From assembly GCF_964204645.1 (NCBI RefSeq), contig NC_134025.1, positions 26,950,299-27,014,298 on the forward strand: a DNA stretch of 64,000 bases, written 5' to 3'. Below are positions 27,001 through 39,000 of this stretch, one piece after another. The stretch comes from Tubulanus polymorphus. Lineage: Eukaryota > Animalia > Nemertea. The notes beneath the pieces are model-generated. The model worked only from the letters and a program-made list of their open reading frames with translations, was not told where the DNA came from and did no database searches. Each line of letters opens with the position of its first letter. Position 1 is the first letter of the stretch. A program made the position numbers and the translations under genes.

Positions 27001-30000
27001 CCTCAACGCGCAATGACTATCAATGCCAGCTACATGACAGCTTTAACCTTCCTGACTCGAGAATAAAATCACATGATGAACGTTTCCCATGACTGTATCA
27101 ATAACAGGGAGGCTTATGAATTACATCAAACACCATCGAGTAAATTGATTGGTTATTTCCTTTTCAATATAGTGTTTATATCCCGGTACCGGGCAATACT
27201 AATACCTCGACTAATGCAAGTACAATCCATTCTATGATACAAAAAAAACCTCATATTTTCAGTGAAACGTGTACCCGGCCACAATGAGAACAGTATCGAC
27301 TTCCACGACTGAGCTTAATCAGATTATGAAGCCGTATGATTGAATCTCTCGTTTTCACTAGCTTTACCGATTCATATGAGATCAACACGTATTTGTAGAA
27401 TTACTCACTCGCCATTAATCATAGTCAAATTTTAATTAACAGTTATCAGTGTAGAAGCCACTCTGCAAAACAAACCACTTCGCGAAATCGAAATAAAAAC
27501 CGCTGTTTTTTCTACGCGTTCTGCAACAACCACCTCATCAAGGCGAATAGAATTACCGGTTAAACAAGCGAGGCGTAATTTCTTTAATAATCTAAAGCAA
27601 GTTGACACAAACTTCTGTTGAAATTTTCCTGCTGAGAACTCAATTTACCGTCGGCATCAGAGCTATCGCTTTTCCATTGAATATTTGATTGATGAGCCAA
27701 TTGGAAATTGATTGGTATTTCACAATCTCCGTTACATTGTGTGATGGAAAGCAACTGCGCGAGTTCGGTATTCGCCGTTTACGCCGAAAGAAAAATCCCA
27801 AAACGTAAGATGGTCGTAATCCAGCGATGCCTAGCGAGTGAAAATAGAACACAGACCGCAGAATTAGCCTCTGATGAGTTTCCGATGACAGCCAAGTTAA
27901 TACAACTATCTGCGAAAGATATAAGTGAACAGCACTCCTGACGTTGCTGTTAAGGATAATCGTAAATGATGAATGTAGTCGCAGGAGGGTTATTTGCCGG
28001 CTGACAAAATCTCTTTGAATGATTTATCTCTGTTTTCGAGCAACGAACTGAAACCAGTAGGCCTATACCGAGCAATGGTTAAGATGCACGAATGGCTTCG
28101 CACATCATTAATGCCGTAATTATTGATACAAATCATATTAAGATACAGCGAACTGTGCTTCCCTGAATAAATAATGCGACATGATACAATCTTGAATAAG
28201 AAATTAACTACGCCGTAAGTTTCTCATTCAGAATCAACATTACTCAGCCCTACAGCTGTGGACTGCCGAGTATTTCAGCGAAAATAGTTAATTTTTTAAA
28301 TTTCATCACTTAATTTGACTATTTCTGTTGACGCAAATGATACCTAAGCAATTGTGCACTAACTTCAATGCATCAAATGTATATCTTTAAAGCCTAGCAC
28401 ACATCGACGTTACGATTGGAGACAACTAGTTGCAAGGCAGTTTTCGGCGCATGAGAGGAACTGGCTGGATACGATCAGTTGCTTGAATGTGTCGATGTGA
28501 GCGAGCTTACGATTGGTAAGCGTCGATCTATCTCCAGTTCCAGCCAGTTGCCCATGTTCTACTTTTGAGCAACTGGTTGTACTCAATCGCAGTCATATCC
28601 GTCGATGTGAGCGCTCTGGATCTCGACGATCGACACGCGCCATGCAGTTGCTGCAACTGACCGGTTGTAACTAGATTTCGATGTGCGCGGGGTAATCGTT
28701 CGGTAGCAACTAGTTGTCTCCAATCGCAGTGTCGATGTGCGCTAGGCTTTAGATCGCCAAGGAGGTCCATCATTTAATTTTACTGTTACTGAATTCATTT
28801 TGTAAACAAATCAATGCGTATCTAGCGATCATTATCCGGTAACATATAAATCTCATAGTGATCATTCCGACGGATTGGTTACAGATAGGTAAAATGAACT
28901 TATCGTTGACCAGATAAATGGTGACAAGTATCGCCATTCGAGTGGTACGGATAATGGCTCCGAACTAATAAGCTAGAGTAGTTGACGGAGAAAGAGATGA
29001 GAATGGCGTGTGAAGAGACTAGATAGGAATCTCTTGTACAAATCAACTTCACAGAATGCACAATTACAGAATTCCATGTGGATTTCCATCAAAATGGATA
29101 TAAGCTTATTGTGGTGACAGCGTGAATCTTTCAGCACGCTTTATTGTGGTGATAGCTTGAATCTTTCAGCACTCTTATAATAGTGATAGAATGAATCTTT
29201 CAGCATGTTTCTGCTAAATATTCTAATGAATTTTCTTAACAAATCTATACGTGATCATCATGAAATTTTAAAATATTTTTGGTCTTCACAACCCGCAGAA
29301 CAATTATCCTTTGTACAATCTTACAAACCATGAAAAACATAACAGAAGATGGATTACCTGCAATAACCTGCTTGAGTTATAGGTAACTAAATAACAACTA
29401 GTCCTTGAAATCTCTTCAATCATAAACAGATCACAGACACGCCAATTCAAATAACAGCGTGATACGTAAAAGCGATTAGCTCAGCAAATCTATACCTATA
29501 ACCTGATGATACCTGCTTCCTGGGAGACTATATGGACGTGTAACTCGCAATGTTAATGCGTACACAGATGAACTTCAGTTGGTGGTTAATGAGCGATGGT
29601 CTGATTCACCTTGTGCTATTAAATACACGTGTATCAGAGCATACCACCTAGCTACAGCTGATGACATTAGGGTTCTCCCTGACCAATAGGGGTTCTCCCC
29701 GAGCAAGGCAGCGCTATTAGCGCGCAACAACGCTATTCAACAAACATTCAACATTATCTACTTTCCTTCGAACCACACCCAAATTTGATGTCGTTGAATA
29801 AGACTGCACTATATTGATTCCGTGCTGCATTTGAAATATGAAAGCACAAAATCGATTTGTAAATTCATTCAATTCAGTACCTGAGCTTACAATACGACTA
29901 ACTGACTATCTAGTTAATATGTGAAGACAAAATGTCCGTTTCAAAAAACCAAGACTTTTTGCAAATAAATATCGCTCTGTTTTGTAACTGTGAGATTATC

Positions 30001-33000
30001 AACATGATTACTAGTAACCTTAGTACTGGTCTCTAACTGACAAGACCTATCAGAAACTGATTGCAATTCACAGTCATGAGCCGTCATGACAATCAGAATT
30101 TGACCAGATATGAGCATATTATGATAAGCGTTTATAATGTAACTGATCCTCAAAAAACCAATAAGCAAAACGTCATATGATCCGTGACTGTCACATATTC
30201 TGACAACTCATCAAGAATTGGGTTCCTCAAAAATCTGTAACATACCTTTATAACTAATATAAATATATAACTGGTGGTACTCCTGATTAACTCTGTCAAC
30301 ATCAAGACAACCAGCGTTTATGAAGATCTATGGTTATGTATATTTTGTCTCATGCTGCAGTTATATATTGTTTGGTCACACCCCTTCCTTTGTCTGATGA
30401 TGTGGTAATTATAATACAAACCCAAGTATTGGTTGATGATTAGCACCTATATATAAAGTGTCATAATCATGAATACAAAGATATGTTCAAACATTAAAAC
30501 GGTCTGATTTATGTCGCACCCTGTATTTGTCTAAGTAAACGTTAATTTCATCTCCAATCAATTCTGAAATAGTTCAAAAACGTTCGCATTCTAAACACAA
30601 CCGGAAGCAAAATATAGCGAAGCTACACTTAAAGAATTCATTTTAGAATAAACCGCACACAGTTAAAATTACATACTTCAAAATGACATCGAAACTTATT
30701 TCTACTTACCACGATATTCAAATTGATTGCTTTATGAATAACTAACTATTTCCCTGGATGCAAGAACAGATATAAAACTCCGGCGTTAATTAAGGACTGC
30801 GTTAACACAAATTCATCTGCCTACAGTAATTCCACGCGTGCTAATTCGTCAGCGCGATCATCATCGAATGGTTACTGTTACTTCGAGTGAAAAATGTGAA
30901 GCCTCAGGAGAAGCCGGCGAAGTGCAGTCACTTTACCGCGATATTTGATGATGTGGCAATTCAGTACCATGTGATAAGTAACGGCCAGCTCCTATAGGCT
31001 GTTACCGCATCGCGACTTTCAACGATTTCGAATGTCTATCTTACCTTAACAATCGATATCCTGCCTTTGATCGAATTACGACGGCATACCTATGAACAGT
31101 ACCAGCGCCACGCCGCGTCTATATCCAGGAAGTTTAATAATGTTTGCGATAACATCAAATACTGGTGACACATTGTCGCATACATCATCTGACAACTCAA
31201 GGCAGGTTCCGCGTACTAATATTTATTTATTACCCGAAGTGATCCATCAACTTTAAGGATCTGAATATACAATTTGGACTCATTTGGAAATAACGGAACC
31301 TTAGTGATTAAACTATTTATGATCCAACTTCCAGCCAATGAAGTTACGGCACCGTCGTCGCCGCTGACCGCAGCAACAATCGTTGATTTATTTGCGAGGA
31401 TATTTCAGTTGCTAAGCGACATATCACGATATGTCACGGAGACGGGAAAAAGCTGGAAACATTTCCTTCCACTTCTACGACACACATGACACTATTTCTA
31501 CCTAATCTAATGACACTTTGATGACGGAGAGACAGGTCGATATAGAAATGTATGGCGGACCTTGTTGCTTTGATCTGTTCGCTGTGAATAACTCATGCTT
31601 TTCCATATATCATACAGACAAACCGTACACAATCAATACCGATGTCATATTCCAGAATTTTCCGCAATTTAAAATACATATCTGTAACCGCTGGTAACGA
31701 AAATCCCATAAAAAGTAGGATACCCTATACTGTTGGAATTCAATACGATAATGTATCCAATTACAGCACTTGTTCAATATTTGTTTAAGCAGTATCAAAA
31801 AAGAACACTCACGCTTGAGCAATAAATATATATTACTAGTATGGATGACTTTTATTTAAGAAATAATGGGCGCCACTCCCAGATACAAGCCATCAAATGA
31901 CTGCAGTGTTTTGATTTATAATTAATGGAATTTCCAAGTCGATGTAATAACAACATTATAGCCTCTGCTAGTGATGACGGTTTTTATCACCCGCAATTAT
32001 GTTTTATTTCTTTTGCGATCGACGCAGAGACTGTCTTAGAAAAATCATCAATCAAACTCAACTGGGAAATATGGAGCAACCCGGTGGTAATAGAAAAATC
32101 TACTACCATGTAGATTATTTTGACTACGGTGGTTCCCCTGACCGAGGAACAAGGAAGATTTGAAATCTTATCAATCAACGATCGCTTATCAACTGATCAA
32201 TGATATCGTTGATCAAGAATTCAATACATGGGTTTTTGGACTGTTGGAATCAGGCGATGCATATTGGCAAATATAAACAGGTCCAAGCTGTTAACTATAA
32301 GACAATATGAACAGGGAGTACGACAAACATCTTAATCCAATAACGCTGACACTGAATTCAGAATAAGTGGAAATTCTTAAATTGAAATTCGATATACATG
32401 TAGATCATAACACAGATGCACTTCAATATTCCAGCAGCAATATTCAATACTTCACATTGCACCTTTCAAAGTTTCAAGGTTAAATCCCAGTGGAAGTGAT
32501 TATATCTATCTATCAAATTCAAGCCCAGTCAGACGAGTTATTTACAGTAGAACAAGTCATTCGGAAATCCCCGTAAATCCTTCTTAGTCTGGATATACTT
32601 CAATAAAGTGTTCGTCAACACTTAAGCATCTCGTCGTAGCTACGGAAAAATTTGTCGCAATTGTCAGAAATCGATGAACTAGTAAACGGCAAGGTACCCG
32701 AGATTAGCGAGCGGCACAAGTCTCGTGACACGTGACTTAATAATCACAGCAATAATCTACGTATGAAGACAGTAACGCTTAATCCATGCAGGTCGCCGAT
32801 CATCAATAATTCCAGAACTTTGGAACGGAGTCAGAGTCCACGCACCGATACCTCATACATAAATACTGTACTTCACGCGATGAGCCTATTTGTCCAATCA
32901 TGATTTATTCAAAAACAATCAGTTTCCGCGTTAACCTCCTTTTATGATAAGCATATAAATCGTAGGATTAAATGTTGACCGAGAATTATGCGCCGACATG

Positions 33001-36000
33001 AAAAATGACGAGCACTTAAGGATTGAATGCGAGTAGCTGATGTTTGATCAAGTCAAATATTAGATAATGCTTATGCCTTCTCTTGGCTTTCGTGGGTTAC
33101 CATCGCCGCATTCAATCTTGTATTATCAGTACGATTCACATGCCTGAAAGCTACCCGATGAATATACAAGTTCTGCATTTGTGTGCGAATAATCTCTGGT
33201 GGTTTTATCAGCTGAATAGATTTCAGTATCTCGCTTATCGATGATAAGAGGGTCATTAGACAAAGATTCAGAAATAGAATTTTTTTTTACTAACGCGCGC
33301 AAAGAATATGACGATCCGGAAAATGAATCCATCCGTGAAATCCCGCATTATGAACTACATGAGCGTAGGATATATCGAAATGGATCAGTGGGTAACCAAT
33401 TTCCTTTACCAGTCGTCCAAACTAGATTATACGGTCAAACTCATCAATCTAATCACAACATGCAATTTTTGCGACGCAAACGCCGCACAATTGCCATATG
33501 TTGACTCGTATTCGGCCGAATACGTTCCCTCAAGCAACAGACTGAATGACATTAGAGCCACGCATGAAGGTGACGCTTAAAAAATTCATGACAGCCGAAA
33601 TAAAATTCTTATCGCAATCGAGATCGGTTTCTACGCACTTGTCTGCAAGACGTATAAAGTTCGAAATAGTCGACTTGGGAAAACGCGAAGACTAAGGTGA
33701 GGATGAAAGGTGGTGCGCGTTATTGGCAATCGGTGATTTTACGAATCCCTAGTGATATATTATCCGGAGAAGATGGTTATATTGCTGGCGGCAGTGGAAC
33801 CAGCTATGTAAAGTAACAGCATCGACGTATAAGACTGACAATACAATTTCCCCTTTTCAATTCTTCTTCCTCTTCTTATTCTTCTTTGAGCGAGAAGAGA
33901 GAGAGAGGAGACACTCGAGACCTAGCTAGCTATCATTATGCACGACCATACAAGAGACAATTAACTGCCTTCAACATACTTAAGTAGAAAACATTACAGA
34001 TATTGAACTGTCTAAATAGTCAGGGGCGGAAAATTGGAAAGCGGGGTAGGAAAGGGCAATCCTCGGATGAAGCAGTTTCCAAAGGTTGTGAGTGAGGGAC
34101 ATCAAGGGAATATCAAAAAATGTTGAAAATAAGAAGGAAGGGATGATTGTTATTTTCCCACTTATTATGCAAAGGCATCTCCATCATAGAACGATAACCA
34201 CACTCAAACGTGGTGAACGGATAATAAGATAAAACCCACTATCTACAAATTAAAAGAACTTCAAAACAAGAAATTTATTTATTCCAACAATCTAAAATAT
34301 ATAAAATACACGACGTTTCGATCTCACCCTAGAGATCATCGTCAGGTGTGACCTGATATGAAGACGAATAAATATCTAAAAATCTATGTCATCAGTGTTT
34401 ACAAAAACAATGTTTCAATTCAAATGAATGGAAAATCTGATTTTAGTTTTTGACTATTAGATCAATGACACTGATACATTTTTTAGGAACTAGGTGACTC
34501 CCATGGCAACAGTGTGCTGTATCGCTGAACATGAGCCGCTGCAGTGAGCGATAATAAACCGCTTGTATGCAATGTGTGCATTCACACACACAAGCATTAA
34601 ACCGCGTATAGCTGCAGTTTATATCTCCACTGTATAGACTGCGAGAGAATATCGCTTAGCCGGGGCCTGTATGCAATACAGCTATGCCTCGCCCACGGAG
34701 TAAGGGCAATGGTCAGGTATGGAATCGCGAGGCTCGTCAACTTCTCGCAGAATGTCTACGAAACTACACGTGTCTGTGGAATATGAAAGATTTCTATTCG
34801 GCCGAATTGAAGAGAGACGCATACAATAACCTGTTGAAACAGATAGCGCCGAGCGTTCCTAATTTAGACCTCAGAGACCTGAAACGTAAGTATGAGTTAC
34901 AAACTCAGCTATTCAGATTTCGGACCTATGATCAAGTAGCTCTTAAAACCTAGTCAGTAGCCTAGTCAGTAGCGTATCACCATTGGTTATTTCCACAAAC
35001 TACATAAGCCCATCTGAAAAGCGTACCACCAATGATTAGGGTATTAACCAGCCTACCTAACTACAAGTGCTTCTTTTTGTTTACAGGAATGAGACAAATA
35101 TCTATAAAATTCTCTTAAAAGGAGAATCAGATAAATCTGCCTTTATCAATGACACTCTAAACAGATTCCAAATGTCTATTTCAGGACAAATCAAGAATGA
35201 GCGTGATTACTTCAGGGTACAGAAATGCATGGTCGAAAGGTCGAAGCAAATGGGTGATGAACCCGTCGAACCGGGATGGTTTCTATGGGAAACATATCAG
35301 TATCTCGCCGACGGAATGCAACACCGCGACCGAACATTCATTCCAGCCTTATCATCGCATCAACGCGTGACTGGTGAAAATGACGACGACGATGTCGATG
35401 AGGATGATTATACTGTCGAACATTCAGATAGTCAAGACGACACGTTATTCCTCAAACAAAAGGATCAGTATATGGTAAGTATATATAATCTCGACGAACG
35501 CTCCGCTGTTGAAACGACAATAGTAACAATCCCACAGTTAAAGAGGAAAAACGAGTCCAAGAGGCTCTTCTTGACCTAATAGCTTATTTCAACTATCGGT
35601 ATCCTCATCTTCAGGATTTCGACTGAATTGTAATAAAATGATATCATTAAGCGAGTTTGCCTGTGCCATTTATGTATGAATTGATTCAGTATATAAATAA
35701 ATAAATATCTTTGAAATAAGCTATAGCTATAGCTCAATAAACTATTGTTCTGTGGGATTTTACCATATATGGTGTGTACATGTACATCTATATTGGTTCA
35801 ATCTGAAACCTCTTCAGTTTTATATAAATACCGGCATTCAACGCAAAGAGGTTATCAAAGTTTTTCTATTATCTGTACAGACTAATGACCAACCCAAAAC
35901 TCTAGCATGCAAAAGATCAAAGATTGATGATGAGGGAATTCCAGAGGATGACACTTCTATAGGTAATTACCGACACAACATAAATTTCATTCTTCTATTC

Positions 36001-39000
36001 CTATTATTTCTGTTTGATGAATCTTGTACTTTACAGATATCAACCACCAAACTGAGTTCAGACCAGCTATGTATAAAGACGAGTGGGATATATTCGCGAT
36101 GGACATCGCCAACGATATTCGTCGGTTACCCGAGCATTTCAGGTGGCAAGCGAAATGTTCGATACGACGTTTAGTCGAGGATCTCGTCGTAAAAACAATG
36201 CCGACAACGCAACATGTTCTCATTTACGATCATAATTATTCAAGCGAACAAGAACCGGTCGATACTAAACCGGTTATAGCTGATATGATATCCTACAGCG
36301 AGGCGGATGCTCAAGGATCCAAGGAAAAATAATCAACAAATAAAATCAACAGTAAACCTCACCTTACTCGGATAAGGCCAACTCAGACTTCTGACTACTA
36401 ACTTCGATAAAAATCAAATCATTTTTCCAGCTTCCTAACGTATTTTCCTCAGGCTTAGCTTACCTCGACCTATTTCGCCGGTCTAAATAAGGCGAGGTTT
36501 ACCTGGCTAGGTATAATGATACCGGTGTATAGAGTTACTCAGCGGTTTATCTTACCTTGTCAGTGTCACCGGGATGTTGTTGCTCTGCGTACTGTTTAAA
36601 TTGTACAGCAGTTTGCTGGTTTAACGCGGCTCGGATCTGCATTCTGTAAAGTAAATGAAGTTAGCGACTTCGATCAATACTGATAACTTACGAATAAAGC
36701 AACTATGTAATAAGACCTGGCAGGTATAATAGTACTGCATTGGATGGTTAAAATCAAATATACAATGGACACAAGATCATATAATTCATTTCGCGCGCTA
36801 TGTATATTTACTTGGCAATAAATTGTCGTTGCTTCTTGTTGATATATGACATTCATGATTTCTAATTCTGTAGACATCGCACACTACAGAAAAGTATCAG
36901 TCTATTTTGAAAGTAGCTGGTATCAGAGTCGCTGATCATATCTTCACAAAACGCAAATATTTGAAATAAAATCTTCGACAAAGTTTTTCAATCATTTACT
37001 TAAAGATTTGAATTAAACTTCCAGCGTTACCGAGGGTATTTATTCAATGTCATGGGCAAACATCAAAGTCATTTCGAATTGGAAGAACTGAATCATTTTA
37101 CGGCGCCAAGGGGGATGAAATTCGAAATAAAATAGAGCAGCAACGTGGCAGTCATTCGTAACATTTCATTTACTATCGGATAATTCGAATTTTTCAAAGA
37201 TTTATAATCACGCTCGGCACAAGATAGAAATCTAATTTCATGCAAGTTTCAAATCTCTGGACAACGAAGATTAATCTTCCTCATAACAGAACCAGAGAGT
37301 AAACCAATGTCGAGTCGGGTTTTAAGTTTCAAATAAGGTTTTACATAGAAATCGATGGCGTCTGCCGCGGGCTTTCGGAAAACTTGCCAATAAATTTCGC
37401 GTGCCACGTAGCGATATAAATGCAGCTTTCGTCGCTGGAGGCCATAACAACATAAGCCACCTCTGCTATAAATCATAAAAAAATTCATGGAAACGTGACA
37501 TCAATTTTTTTGCCTCATCAACATATATACATATCCTGTATAAATCTTTCGATGGAATTATATTGAGCTTTCTTCCTCGTTCCATGTAAATCTAATTACA
37601 TACACTCGACATACTAATTAATGCAGAACATCTTTTTGATTAAATGCCTTCAAGCATGTCACGTAAAATCAATACTTTGTTCACTCAAACTGAATAAACA
37701 ATGAAACGCCTGCAGTACGCTCACTACATATCATGTGTATTCTACTGCCGTCTATCAATATTCGGTGCATTTGCGCGACGATCGCCGGATACTCCATCTT
37801 TCCGCATTCAACAGCAAAATCTGAATGAATAGTATCAGATTTAATCTGACGATGGCGCCACAGTGCAAGAATTTAGATTGTCTGAGGGCGAGGTGCCTCC
37901 AGAATTCATAATCATCGCGAAACTCTTCCATGGCAACATTGATCGAACAAGAATGTCTTTATACTAGAATCTATGCCCTGACTGGAAGCGTAAGAAGCTC
38001 AACCATCTTTTTACAGGATGCATAGGTTAATATGATAGCCTAATCGTTGCTTTTTTAACTTAAGTTACTATGCAAATTCGCTGTAAAACGGATCTGGGTT
38101 AAGCAGAGATGTCCGCTACATCGAATCCCTAATCCATTCATGCTCAGTCTTTTCTCAACTTGAATTTGAATACGAGGAAAGAGAAGGCTTCGTATAGGAA
38201 ATAAGGGATTAAAGCCATGTTAAACTATTTCTAAGTTTAGTGCGTTCTAATTTGGCCCGTACCTGAAACAAACCAATTTAGAATGGAACAACACAGGCAT
38301 ATCCAAATCCACTGTTATCACTGGTCCCGTTGCAAGATGCTAAACTGTTTCACTGGCAATTAGAGCAAAGTTTCTAATAACACACTAGAGAAATGGTCCA
38401 TTATAGTATTCAAAACGGACCTGGATCAGTCTTTTTGGTCAGTCTAAGTTGGTCCATTCTAACATGTAATGCCGAACGGAACATATTATTACCACAGACT
38501 TTTTGCTAGTGTGATGTGGCTTACGATTCATACGAATACTCACTCTTGTTGTAGTCGCCTTTGATGGTCCTCTAACTGTAACCTCTGTGCCTCTTCTTCT
38601 AACTGTATACGTTCTTTTTCCTCTTCTTCACGACGTTTCAATTCGTCTTCCTCGACTCTACAAAACCAACATTGACAAGTTAGTCTAAACAGCCGCGTCA
38701 TCACGTAAATCTCCATTTCTATAATTGCAATGCGATGCGTCTGATTAATCCATGTCCGACCTTTGTAGGGGAACCACATGTGTGTATGAAATTACAGATA
38801 AAAATCATTTGATGTTGATGAAAACAACCGCACCTACTAAAACAGATGACAGCAAAATTAGGCGAACAGAAAAATTCTTATGAAAGCTGTTTCAAAATGG
38901 AAAGGAACAGGAAAAAAATTAAAATATATTTTTTATTCATTATTTGAGATTGAAAATTAAGATGGACATGACAAAATTTATCTTTCTTCCCATTTGATGA

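Noticed and set aside
29104-29207. Regularly spaced approximately 35-bp repeats considered as CRISPR-like
   Set aside because: The units are contiguous with no unique spacers, the context is eukaryotic and there are no cas genes; this is an ordinary minisatellite.
33071-33580. Overlapping ORFs on both strands upstream of the MADF gene, checked as a possible Harbinger transposase remnant
   Set aside because: No DDE/HARBI1-like motifs and no convincing exon structure.
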